64,000 nt of DNA, from positions 50,869-114,868 of IMG/VR virus record IMGVR_UViG_3300021962_000041, one strand, 5' to 3'. Made by a program: the position numbers and the translations under genes. Within the stretch, counting starts at the first letter, position 1. Every line of letters starts with the position of its first letter. Origin of the DNA: a virus. This document shows positions 1 to 8,288 of the stretch, piece by piece. The notes beneath the pieces are model-generated. The model did not search any database. It was not told where the DNA came from and was given only the letters and a program-made list of their open reading frames with translations.

Positions 1-3
1 GTT

Positions 4-62
4 AGTATGGCACGAACTGGGGGGCATCGCAACCCCCCTTGTACCAGTTCAGAGATCGTCCA
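4..62 (-). promoter_or_regulatory. Cyanophage early promoter (-10 box plus upstream 9-4-9 palindrome), for a gene left of the window
   Basis: -10 CATACT at 4-9; G6/C6 inverted repeat; GTACCAGTT half-site at 41-49, starting 37 nt from the start of the -10 as in the other copies. Confidence 0.6.
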
Positions 63-276
63 TCATCTCATTGATCTCAATCCCATCAATCTTAGGATCA
101 TCCCAACGGCAACCATCTGGGGTCTCTTTGCTACCACAATCACGAAGCAATTGCACTAATTCTTGATAGTTACTGCAGGTCTTGGCAGCATCATACAAAC
201 CCTCATCATTTCCGATCCAGAGTGCAACATTCCACGTTTCCCAGTTTGCCCAACCGTTGTAAGTTGCAGTGCTCAT
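49..276 (-). CDS. Hypothetical early protein (YNGWxNWETWNVALW family)
   Basis: 75-aa ORF directly downstream of an early promoter; motif typical of small phage proteins. Confidence 0.8.
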   Translation of the reverse strand: MSTATYNGWANWETWNVALWIGNDEGLYDAAKTCSNYQELVQLLRDCGSKETPDGCRWDDPKIDGIEINEMMDDL

Positions 277-301
277 CGGTGTCCTTCAGGTGAACGAATG
301 T

Positions 302-360
302 AATGTAGAACGGATCAGGGAGAATGTCTAGGGGGTGTGTGCCAGTTCTCAGATTGGCAC
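302..360 (-). promoter_or_regulatory. Cyanophage early promoter
   Basis: -10 TACATT (302-307); GTGCCAGTT-ctca-GATTGGCAC palindrome (339-360). Confidence 0.75.
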
Positions 361-540
361 AAGCGAATATTGATTAATCATAATGTCACGTACATTTTCA
401 CGATCGAAGCTATCGCCAGCAAAATCTGCACCCGAATTAATATACTGAATGGTGGCTTCGATGATCATAACATCCGTGGCACCCATGTCGTAGATACCAC
501 CAGGACCATAGAAAGATCTCACGTACTGAACGAAATTCAT
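349..540 (-). CDS. Hypothetical protein
   Basis: 63-aa ORF translationally coupled to the upstream ORF. Confidence 0.75.
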   Translation of the reverse strand: MNFVQYVRSFYGPGGIYDMGATDVMIIEATIQYINSGADFAGDSFDRENVRDIMINQYSLVPI

Positions 541-674
541 TACACAAACTCCGCAAGGTAGTAATCAAGGGGCAGCTCAAGTTCTGCTGCTTTCTGTTCC
601 CATTCATCCCATTCTTCAGGGGACGCATCATTCAGGAAATCTTCCCGAGTATACTCAAATGCAGGACCACACAT
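540..674 (-). CDS. Small hypothetical protein (C-terminal KAAELE..DYY..EFV motif)
   Basis: Likely start at the internal ATG (MCGPAF); C-terminus shared with the ORF at 6570. Confidence 0.7.
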   Translation of the reverse strand: MCGPAFEYTREDFLNDASPEEWDEWEQKAAELELPLDYYLAEFV

Positions 675-676
675 AA

Positions 677-871
677 TCAGATCACCGAAACGTTGACTTC
701 TTTGATGTTCAAACCACAGAGTTGGTTGTATACTCGCTTGCTGATAATGTCGCAAGCATTCTTGAGTTTTGAACGCTCATACCAAATTGTACACAAACCA
801 TCGTAGGTTTCGACACGAATTCGAATGTCTTTCACGAAGCAATTCCCGACGACGAATGTAGAATATCCCAT
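677..871 (-). CDS. Hypothetical protein (true start probably GTG near 835)
   Basis: ORF track; lies downstream of the early promoter at 860-918. Confidence 0.65.
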   Translation of the reverse strand: MGYSTFVVGNCFVKDIRIRVETYDGLCTIWYERSKLKNACDIISKRVYNQLCGLNIKEVNVSVI

Positions 872-918
872 CAGGTGGGCAATTGCAACTAGTCTTGTGA
901 CAGTTCAAAAAGTGGCAC
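860..918 (-). promoter_or_regulatory. Cyanophage early promoter
   Basis: -10 TATTCT (860-865); GTGACAGTT-caaa-AAGTGGCAC (897-918). Confidence 0.7.
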
Positions 919-966
919 AAGATCGGTTGAATTCCGATGATCTTCGTGCTAATAGGGAATTATATC

Positions 967-1019
967 ATTATCAATAAGATCTTGTTATTGAGAATCAATA
1001 AGGACTAGTAATTGAGAAT
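967..1019. repeat. ATTGAGAAT repeats (Fur-box-like half sites), left cluster
   Basis: attatcaat 967-975 (inverted, 1 mismatch), attgagaat 987-995 and 1011-1019. Confidence 0.55.
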
Positions 1020-1233
1020 AAGATCCAATGTTCGAACTGTCACATCAGAAGATATCGCTGTAATCTTTGATGCTAACATTGACATCCTCATCACCTTCTA
1101 GGTGTAGGAGTTCACGCCAATTAATACCTTCTAGTTCTAGATCTTCATAACACATAAGATCTAGTGTAACTCGTACCATGCGCTTTGCGTGTGTGGTAGG
1201 CATAAGAATCTCGTGTATGTGTACTAGATTATA

Positions 1234-1383
1234 TCATGCATAATGACGATATGCAAGCGTTTCGTAATCTTGCCCATCTCGTGCATAATCCTCGTCGAGA
1301 TCTGCATCTTGTGCATAATACTCGTCGAGATCGTATGTGTAATCTGATGCGTATGTATAGTCGAGATCGTAGTCGTCGTACAT
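1234..1383 (-). CDS. Small acidic Tyr/Asp-rich hypothetical protein
   Basis: MYDDYDLDY...; ATG at 1383 downstream of a TTGCAA-18-TACAAT promoter (1445-1416). Confidence 0.6.
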   Translation of the reverse strand: MYDDYDLDYTYASDYTYDLDEYYAQDADLDEDYARDGQDYETLAYRHYA

Positions 1384-1542
1384 AATGCTCGTCGAGATTT
1401 GTGTGATGCTTATGTATTGTAGCATAAAGCTCGACGAGATTGCAAGCCCTTATGATGCACACGTCTCGTCGAGATTCATGATAGTATATATACACTCTTG
1501 TCGAGATTTATGTGCTTCTCGTAACATAAGTCTCGTCGAGAT
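1291..1542. repeat. Array of 8 near-palindromic CTCGWCGAGAT motifs spaced 30-42 bp
   Basis: Copies start at 1291, 1321, 1357 (partial), 1388, 1430, 1465, 1497 (1 mismatch), 1532. Confidence 0.85.
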
Positions 1543-1569
1543 TCTAGCACGAACTTATAAGAATGTCAA
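1541..1569 (-). promoter_or_regulatory. Sigma70-type promoter firing into the repeat array
   Basis: TTGACA (1569-1564), 17 bp, TAGAAT (1546-1541). Confidence 0.7.
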
Positions 1570-1599
1570 GGTCTGGGAATTTCTGGGCGTCCCCGGGGG

Positions 1600-1628
1600 T
1601 TGACAAACTGCGCGTCTTATGATACGCT
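1600..1628 (+). promoter_or_regulatory. Divergent sigma70-type promoter
   Basis: TTGACA (1600-1605), 17 bp, TGn-TACGCT (1623-1628). Confidence 0.55.
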
Positions 1629-1664
1629 GGCAAAGGTTGCAATAAGAACCAGTATTTTCTTACT

Positions 1665-1717
1665 ATTCTCAATAAAACCTTTTATTTATTCTCATTTACA
1701 AAACGCTTATTGAGAAT
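1665..1717. repeat. ATTGAGAAT repeats (Fur-box-like), right cluster
   Basis: attctcaat 1665-1673, attctcatt 1688-1696, attgagaat 1709-1717 in an AT-rich tract. Confidence 0.55.
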
Positions 1718-1808
1718 CACCAAATATTTAATCTCACAATAACAATCATAACTATCTAAAATAACATATAAGATATATACAATAATTAAAGTGTTATCTA
1801 AAATATAA

Positions 1809-2618
1809 ATGTCCCAAGGAATCATCTACCTCATCATCAACAAACAAAACGGACACAAATACGTTGGACAAACCACCCAAGGAATGAATAAAAGGTGGCA
1901 ACAACATATACAAGAAGCATTGCGAATGAGTGATAAACCACTACATCGTGCTATGCGTAAGTATGGCAATCACAACTTTATGATTAAAGAAATAGATGAG
2001 TGTGATGAAAGTTTATTAGATGAAAAAGAACAATATTGGATAGAACAATATAATACCTTTGAAAGTGCAGAAGGTTATAATGCAACAAGTGGTGGAAGTC
2101 GTCCAATCTTTAGTAATGAAACAAAACAAAAATTAAGTGAAATAGCATCTAATAGAGAAAGAACAGAAGAAGAAGTTGCTAATATAAAAACTGCTTTAAC
2201 TGAAAAAGCAAAAGAAAGAAATTGGGGATTCTTAACTGATGAGAACAGAGGTAATGGTAAACACTCTGGCATCAAGATACAAGGACTGAATATCGAAACA
2301 GGTGAAATAAGAGAATGGGATAATGCCCGTGATGCTGCAGAAGAAGTTGCTGGTGATCGTAATAAGAACAGCAATATCTTATTAAGTGCTAAGAAAGGAT
2401 ATAAGTGTTATGGTTATAGATGGAAACTACTTGAACAAAAGAGTAAGAAAAAAGCAGTCAAAGCAGTTAATAAAATAACATGGCAGGAACATCATTTTGA
2501 AAGTATTGCCGATGCGATTAGAAAAGTTGGTGGTAATAGCAGGGGGACTGGACTAATTAAATCATTAAGAAGTAATGGACGTTATACTTGGAAAGGATTT
2601 ATGTGGTTTTATATTTAA
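1809..2618 (+). CDS. GIY-YIG homing endonuclease with NUMOD-type DNA-binding repeats
   Basis: GIIYLIINKQNGHKYVGQT...RWQQH...EQYWIEQYNT...GYN; C-terminal F-x-S-I-x-x-A repeats; AT-rich and opposite to the flanking genes. Confidence 0.92.
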   Translation: MSQGIIYLIINKQNGHKYVGQTTQGMNKRWQQHIQEALRMSDKPLHRAMRKYGNHNFMIKEIDECDESLLDEKEQYWIEQYNTFESAEGYNATSGGSRPIFSNETKQKLSEIASNRERTEEEVANIKTALTEKAKERNWGFLTDENRGNGKHSGIKIQGLNIETGEIREWDNARDAAEEVAGDRNKNSNILLSAKKGYKCYGYRWKLLEQKSKKKAVKAVNKITWQEHHFESIADAIRKVGGNSRGTGLIKSLRSNGRYTWKGFMWFYI

Positions 2619-2621
2619 ATT

Positions 2622-2645
2622 AAAAAACCTCCTAAAAAGGAGGTT
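2622..2645. terminator. Intrinsic terminator between convergent genes
   Basis: aaaaa-ACCTCCT-aaaa-AGGAGGT hairpin. Confidence 0.7.
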
Positions 2646-2652
2646 CTGATGA

Positions 2653-3459
2653 TTATGATGTTTTCTTTGGTCTACCTCTCTTCTTTGGTTTTGGTTGCTC
2701 TTCTTCTACCTCTTCATGAACAGTTTCAAGAGTATTCAATGCAATCTCATCAATAATAGAATCAATCAATTGTGCTGTTTCTGTATCCTCTTCAGTCTGT
2801 GATGATTCTTCTTCCTCTAATGTATCTGGGTCAATACCTTGTGCAATTAGACGCTCTCTTTCCATCTTTCTCCACATTACTAATTCGGGAGAATCATCCT
2901 GTAGAGCAACATGATCAACAAAACCTACACTTTGCATTTCCTGTTCTGCAACCATTTGACGATGTGCTAATACCTCTTCCTCAGTATAATTGGGTTCTTC
3001 AGGTGTTGGATCAAACTCCCACATTGAACCATTCCAATACCAATACAATGTACGACTATCAGGTTCTGGCATTGTCCATTTATACTTTGTTCCTAATTCC
3101 TTTTGATGTGGGAATCGTGGGCGATCAATTTCTGGATCTGGATTCAGAACCTTTTCCTTAACTTGTTCAAATCCAGATTCTAACCAATCCTGTTCACTAA
3201 TTGTCCATTTCTCAATAGGACATGATTCTAATGAGAACCTTACCTTATAAGCAAGGAAACATCCACAATGTCTACAACGTCCTTGTTTACCATCAAAGTA
3301 AGGACATTCTCTACAAATATCTAAACGTTGATTTTGAATCTCTTGACTCACAAACAACTTTTCATGTCCATTGGCAAATGCTTCTTTAATCACTTCAAAT
3401 GTGAACTTTGCCAGATTCTTACCTTGTTCTCCTAATGAAGGATATTCCTGTTCAGCCAT
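2653..3459 (-). CDS. Hypothetical protein with N-terminal Cys-rich (CxxC...CxxCGC...CP..KW, DUF6171-like) domain and acidic tail
   Basis: RLDICRECPY...CRHCGCF...ESCPIEKW. Confidence 0.8.
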   Translation of the reverse strand: MAEQEYPSLGEQGKNLAKFTFEVIKEAFANGHEKLFVSQEIQNQRLDICRECPYFDGKQGRCRHCGCFLAYKVRFSLESCPIEKWTISEQDWLESGFEQVKEKVLNPDPEIDRPRFPHQKELGTKYKWTMPEPDSRTLYWYWNGSMWEFDPTPEEPNYTEEEVLAHRQMVAEQEMQSVGFVDHVALQDDSPELVMWRKMERERLIAQGIDPDTLEEEESSQTEEDTETAQLIDSIIDEIALNTLETVHEEVEEEQPKPKKRGRPKKTS

Positions 3460-3501
3460 GTTGTTTGAATAAAAAATGCACGTATACTAATTATAACACA
3501 A

Positions 3502-4626
3502 TTATTGATAAAGTCCTTTGATATTCGTCGTTGATCCACTGACGGTGTAGTTACCACCTGTGATTGCTCTTCCTGCAGTTCCACCATTAAATGCTCCAGT
3601 ACCATTAGAATTATTACCCCAGTCTGCACCATTGGATCCTCTTTCACCATCAAATCCATTTCCACCATAAGTTGGGCAACCACCTGGGGATCCTGAAGTT
3701 GGTCCTTCTGATTGTCCTAATGTTGCAGAATCAGTTCTTGTTAAAGTATAACCCTGACCATTTCCTCCTCCACCACCAGCACCACCAGGGGCACCAGGAA
3801 CTGAAAAGACTTGTGCATATTGGCATTGACGATAATACCAGTAATAAGTCGGTCCTTTGAAATACTGGGCACAAACACCATTATTAATACAACCATAGTC
3901 TGCAGTGGCACCTGCATTACATCCAGGACAATTGTTACAACTCTGTCCAGTGTTCTGATTATAATAGGTCGTACATTGTCCAGATGTTCCTGTTGATCCT
4001 GCGGCACCTCTGGATCCACCAGCACCACCAGACCAGATTCTGGCAGATCCTCCTACAACAATTTCAACTGGTCCACCAGATGGTGAATTCACATATAATG
4101 CAGGTCCGCCATTATTACCAGTTCCACCACCACTGCTCTTTAATGCACCAGTTCCTCCCTGACCATAGATAAATCCATTCACCAGAATTTGTAAATTATA
4201 GGCAGTCGCATTGAATGATGCGGCATAGGCACCCGTCGAAACATTACCACAAGTACCTTCAATGAAGATTCTTTTTTTAATGTTCTTTGCCAGATTGTTA
4301 TTCCAATATGTTGATGCCTCTAAATTAATACCATTCGCAGATGGTGTGGATACACTATTCGCATCCGTTCCACTTTGAATAATATCATAACGCTTAATCG
4401 AATAACGGAATTGTTGCGTCTTCCAGTTTGTCTGTGTTGATGTAATGGCTTCGTTTTCAGTGCAGTTCGGTACAACAGGATTCGTATTATTAGTTGAAAG
4501 TATTCTCAATAATTCTGATGCAGAAATCGGACCAGGATTAACTGGTTGTTGGAAATCAGTTCTTAATGATGAAAAACTAATTGGACCAGATGAATATAAT
4601 GGTGTTGTTGATATGGCAACTGACAT
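3502..4626 (-). CDS. Gly-rich putative virion / receptor-binding fibre protein
   Basis: N-terminal GPISFSSLRTDF, Gly-rich repeats, Cys-rich insert; late promoter CTAAATA at about 4652-4658. Confidence 0.7.
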   Translation of the reverse strand: MSVAISTTPLYSSGPISFSSLRTDFQQPVNPGPISASELLRILSTNNTNPVVPNCTENEAITSTQTNWKTQQFRYSIKRYDIIQSGTDANSVSTPSANGINLEASTYWNNNLAKNIKKRIFIEGTCGNVSTGAYAASFNATAYNLQILVNGFIYGQGGTGALKSSGGGTGNNGGPALYVNSPSGGPVEIVVGGSARIWSGGAGGSRGAAGSTGTSGQCTTYYNQNTGQSCNNCPGCNAGATADYGCINNGVCAQYFKGPTYYWYYRQCQYAQVFSVPGAPGGAGGGGGNGQGYTLTRTDSATLGQSEGPTSGSPGGCPTYGGNGFDGERGSNGADWGNNSNGTGAFNGGTAGRAITGGNYTVSGSTTNIKGLYQ

Positions 4627-4650
4627 CGAAATAGAAGAAGATTCTTTTTG

Positions 4651-4926
4651 TTATTTAGAGTCTGTCTTCTTCAATTCAGTATAAGGTACACGTCCAGTCT
4701 CATGATACATTACCATGTCATACTTGAACTTACATTCTAATGGTTTCTGATTACACATCTTCAATGTTTGATTGATGGTGCTTTCGGTATAGGCATTCGA
4801 TCCTAATGCGAATCCTACAATACCAACTAGAACCAGTGCAGGATAATACACCAGTTTGCTTTTCACTGAAACACTGGTACGATTTCCGAGTTCAGGTAAC
4901 CCAACTTCTGTACGTGTTGTTCCCAT
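4651..4926 (-). CDS. Hypothetical membrane protein
   Basis: ORF with one hydrophobic segment. Confidence 0.65.
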   Translation of the reverse strand: MGTTRTEVGLPELGNRTSVSVKSKLVYYPALVLVGIVGFALGSNAYTESTINQTLKMCNQKPLECKFKYDMVMYHETGRVPYTELKKTDSK

Positions 4927-4938
4927 AATGATGCGTCC

Positions 4939-5190
4939 TCAATGTTGTAAAAGATTGCGGTTTGTTTTGTTTGTTTGTTTCGTTTGTTCTTGTAGTAGAT
5001 AACCTGGTACTTCATAATGATCATTCCAATGTCTTACGACCCCTGCGATAATAAAACAATTAGTAAGAAGATAAGAAAGGAATATAAAAGTCCGTACACC
5101 AGCAATGTGGTCTGCCTCTCTGTCATTTTTCGTTGCCTTCTCCCCAAGTGCTTTCGCCCATAATCTCCACATATTTTTTCTCTTCTTCAT
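4939..5190 (-). CDS. Hypothetical membrane protein (MWRLWAKALG family)
   Basis: ORF track; hydrophobic segment. Confidence 0.65.
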   Translation of the reverse strand: MKKRKNMWRLWAKALGEKATKNDREADHIAGVRTFIFLSYLLTNCFIIAGVVRHWNDHYEVPGYLLQEQTKQTNKTNRNLLQH

Positions 5191-5416
5191 GGACAGATTC
5201 TCTTGATTTTACATAGGTCAATTCATTCCATTGATTATGATAACACAGCACCATCAAACGATCATTGCGATGAATGGAACATGCCTCATAGTTTTCTTCA
5301 TTTTTTGGTTTGACTCCAATCTCAATTGTAATGTACTTCTTATCCTTGAAATACACCCATCCTTCAATATGAGGTTTCCACTTTACATAATGATTGACTT
5401 CGGGAGTATAACTCAT
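5123..5416 (-). CDS. Hypothetical protein
   Basis: ORF in a coupled operon. Confidence 0.7.
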   Translation of the reverse strand: MSYTPEVNHYVKWKPHIEGWVYFKDKKYITIEIGVKPKNEENYEACSIHRNDRLMVLCYHNQWNELTYVKSRESVHEEEKKYVEIMGESTWGEGNEK

Positions 5417-5700
5417 ACAAATGCAGACTCAAGTGGCGTTTGCTTTGGTATCATAGCAGAATATGGAGTTGTTTGTGCTATACTAACAGCGTTCCCGACC
5501 TTGCTGGAATTAATTGGGGCATAATAGGTTCGGGTCTTGGTGTTGTAGAACCCCCAAATAGAACGGACAGGATTGCCCCCATTATAATCAAAATGAGTGC
5601 AGTTCCAAATCCAAATAGAAATGACATTTCGTTTGAACTCTTCATACTCATAACGATAACCTTCGGGTGCTTGATGTGGGAATTCAATAGTCATCACCAT
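5413..5700 (-). CDS. Hypothetical protein
   Basis: ORF in a coupled operon. Confidence 0.7.
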   Translation of the reverse strand: MVMTIEFPHQAPEGYRYEYEEFKRNVISIWIWNCTHFDYNGGNPVRSIWGFYNTKTRTYYAPINSSKVGNAVSIAQTTPYSAMIPKQTPLESAFV

Positions 5701-5986
5701 ATTCTAAACCAGATTCGGCATTCATCAATTCGACAGTTGTTTGATACCCTTTGGCAATGGTCAGTTCATGAGTCTTTCCGATGTCTTCCAGTGCTTCAAC
5801 ATCGAACTCTGGTGCAGTGATCCAACTAAAACCTTTGCCAAAAGTGTTATCGGGATTGACCACATACCAATGGCAAGCAGTATCAGGAACGAAAACAGAA
5901 CATTTCTTCCAGTCATTGTCCCATTGTGGTACTTGTACAAATGATAGTGCGGCAAATAGAAAACCGAAAAGACTCAGAAACATCAT
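5684..5986 (-). CDS. Hypothetical secreted/membrane protein
   Basis: N-terminal hydrophobic signal. Confidence 0.7.
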   Translation of the reverse strand: MMFLSLFGFLFAALSFVQVPQWDNDWKKCSVFVPDTACHWYVVNPDNTFGKGFSWITAPEFDVEALEDIGKTHELTIAKGYQTTVELMNAESGLEYGDDY

Positions 5987-6143
5987 TCACAAAGATAAAC
6001 TTTTAGATACTCTGGATTGATACCACCAGCAAGCAATGTATTTAGAATTTCATCGCATTGTTCTTTGGTGACACCATCGGCAACTGCTTCCCAACCTCCA
6101 GTATAATTCTGAAGGATTTTGTAACGTGGTTCTTCTGTCATGA

Positions 6144-6413
6144 TCAGGTCAGGAAGATGTCAATGACTCGGGACTCTTCATCCTCGGCAAGTGCAAACTT
6201 AGGTGCCTTGACAATGTTAGGCATCACGCGATCTTCATATTGTGGATCAAATGGATTGGTTTCACCTTCATCAAAATTAGTCAGAAGATCAAAACACTCC
6301 TGATCATTTTCGGCAATGACACTAATCATTCCACCATACTCGGAGGAAGGAAACGGAACCCAATAATCAACAAGATAAATGTACTTCATTTGTTTTTCTA
6401 AATTACTCCTCAA
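6144..6413 (-). CDS. Hypothetical protein
   Basis: ORF; TTGACA-type promoter at about 6414-6441. Confidence 0.7.
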   Translation of the reverse strand: MRSNLEKQMKYIYLVDYWVPFPSSEYGGMISVIAENDQECFDLLTNFDEGETNPFDPQYEDRVMPNIVKAPKFALAEDEESRVIDIFLT

Positions 6414-6569
6414 TTTTAGATGAATGAGTCAGATTTGTCAACTGACGTTGTAGTTCAACTTTTACCGAAACCAGATGACCATACATAAACTTTTGATACT
6501 CATTATCCTCAATCAAAGAGATAATGTTATCAATCTGCATCAGTGCAAGAATGAGTTTTGTCTGTTCAC

Positions 6570-6752
6570 TCATACAAACTCTGAAATGTAGTAATCAACA
6601 GTTACCTCAAGTTCTGCTGCCTTGGTCTCAAAATAACTTTGAGTGTACTTACGTGCAGCCTCACGTCGTACATAGTTTTGGACTTCAACATCAGCATGTT
6701 TCATAAAGTCCTCAAAAGCAGTCATAAACTGCTTGATGTCTTCATCGTTCAT
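6570..6752 (-). CDS. Small hypothetical protein (KAAELE..DYY..EFV motif)
   Basis: C-terminus paralogous to 540-674. Confidence 0.7.
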   Translation of the reverse strand: MNDEDIKQFMTAFEDFMKHADVEVQNYVRREAARKYTQSYFETKAAELEVTVDYYISEFV

Positions 6753-6878
6753 TTGCACATCCAATGGTTTGACAATAATAGGACTCAAACATACGATTGT
6801 CACGTTGAATTAACCAATAGTTATAACTCAACATGCCAATCGCAATCAATGCACCATAAAACACATACTTCCGTGTCA

Positions 6879-7127
6879 TCAGCAAGCACCTGCCATAGGA
6901 TTGACATTCTTGACTTCAGTGTTGAAACCAGTCACTTCCCAACCCATACCAATACGCTCATCCATTTCACGCTCAAACTCACGCTTGGTGATGCACTTGT
7001 AAGACATAGCATCAACACCACGGAACTTGAGCACCTTGAACATGTGACGGGTGCTATCTTTGACAGGATAGTAATCCACAGTCATGGAGGGTTTGCCGTC
7101 GATCTTGGAGAAGGTGGAGAGTTGCAT
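6879..7127 (-). CDS. Hypothetical early protein
   Basis: ORF directly after an early promoter. Confidence 0.75.
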   Translation of the reverse strand: MQLSTFSKIDGKPSMTVDYYPVKDSTRHMFKVLKFRGVDAMSYKCITKREFEREMDERIGMGWEVTGFNTEVKNVNPMAGAC

Positions 7128-7152
7128 GGGGTGTTCCCTTGACTACCTTAGT

Positions 7153-7210
7153 ATTATAGGTCAGAAGGACGGCACCACGTCGTTCCGTAGACCAGTTTGC
7201 GAACTGTCCA
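7153..7210 (-). promoter_or_regulatory. Cyanophage early promoter
   Basis: TATAAT 7153-7158; AGACCAGTT-tgcg-AACTGTCCA 7189-7210. Confidence 0.75.
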
Positions 7211-7379
7211 TCTGCTCGAACATGGTGTAAAGTTTGTTATACAATGCTGGCACACTTCCATATTCCCGTGCAATTTGATTTTCCTCACGGAGATTCAGTA
7301 ACTGCAGTGCAGATAGAATTACACCAATTTCATGAACATTCAGTTGTACATTTGTTTCTGTCATTGTTTTCAATCCCAA
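7161..7379 (-). CDS. Hypothetical protein
   Basis: ORF track. Confidence 0.65.
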   Translation of the reverse strand: MGLKTMTETNVQLNVHEIGVILSALQLLNLREENQIAREYGSVPALYNKLYTMFEQMDSSQTGLRNDVVPSF

Positions 7380-7777
7380 CTAACATTTTGAACAAGAAAA
7401 CCAGGCATTACATAAGTCCATGCTCCAGTTTCATTACTACCACCAACTTTATACTCCCACTTGTACTCAAACTTATTGTGACTATCCCATGTCACATATC
7501 CTTTCTCCTTGTCAAATCGTCCTTTGATCGTCAAACCATGTTTGTTAGAGAAAATGTTACGAGTGCGAAGCGCACCACCAGTCTCACGGGTTTCTACAAC
7601 TTTACAGGTGTCGGGATACGTTTGAAGTCCTGCTTCAAGCAGACAAGGAGTTTCATATACAAATGGACGATACACCTTGGGTTTAACTGGTGCAGGTGCA
7701 GTTTGTGCAAATGCTGGTGATACCAATAGCAACGATGCGATTAGAAAAAACTTTTTCATCCAACTACCCTCCAACAT
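7370..7777 (-). CDS. Hypothetical secreted protein
   Basis: Signal peptide MKKFFLIASLLLVSPAFA. Confidence 0.75.
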   Translation of the reverse strand: MLEGSWMKKFFLIASLLLVSPAFAQTAPAPVKPKVYRPFVYETPCLLEAGLQTYPDTCKVVETRETGGALRTRNIFSNKHGLTIKGRFDKEKGYVTWDSHNKFEYKWEYKVGGSNETGAWTYVMPGFLVQNVSWD

Positions 7778-8070
7778 ACGGTCGCGTTTCCTTGTTTTGT
7801 AGAGGCAATGTGAGTAAATGCAGAATAACTCAAGTCAAGATCAGCATGAGAATAAGGACCGCGATCATTGATTCTTACGATTACCTGTTTGAGATTGTCT
7901 TGGTTTGTAACTCTAATTTTAGTTCCCATAGGTAGGTAAGGGTGAGCAGCAGTCCAACGATAAGCATCAAATCGTTCTCCATTTGCGGTAGTTTGTCCAT
8001 GAAATCCATCACCAATTCCATAGAATGTGGCAACTCCGCAAGTAAGACCAGCAATCAGTGTTTCAATCAT
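7756..8070 (-). CDS. rlpA: RlpA-family double-psi beta-barrel lytic transglycosylase
   Basis: ATFYG..GFHGQTTANGERFD..TAAHPYLPMGT.IRVTN...VRINDRGPY...DLDLS. Confidence 0.9.
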   Translation of the reverse strand: MIETLIAGLTCGVATFYGIGDGFHGQTTANGERFDAYRWTAAHPYLPMGTKIRVTNQDNLKQVIVRINDRGPYSHADLDLSYSAFTHIASTKQGNATVCWRVVG

Positions 8071-8288
8071 TGTTTGATCTTGAGTTCCCAAACATCACGA
8101 CTCAGAGATTGAATGGCAGAATTGATACTACCATCCAGAGAGTGAACTTTATACTCAAGTTCACCCAGTTGGCGATACAGGTTGAGACACATCAGAGTAT
8201 TGGCGGCAATACCAACAATGATGGACCAACCAACAACTTTCTCAAGATTTACATCACTCATTTTCATCAGGGGCAAAAGCAAGTTCAA
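8067..8288 (-). CDS. Hypothetical membrane protein
   Basis: ORF with TM segment and coiled coil. Confidence 0.6.
   Translation of the reverse strand: MNLLLPLMKMSDVNLEKVVGWSIIVGIAANTLMCLNLYRQLGELEYKVHSLDGSINSAIQSLSRDVWELKIKQ

Noticed and set aside
1291-1542. Repeat array as a CRISPR array
   Set aside because: Repeats are only 10-11 bp, far shorter than CRISPR repeats, and partly coding. There is no cas operon; the Cas4-like exonuclease at 58 kb is a standard T4-like core gene.
6639-7720. Long plus-strand ORFs (167 and 158 aa)
   Set aside because: Opposite to tightly packed minus-strand genes that have matching promoters; no protein-like features.
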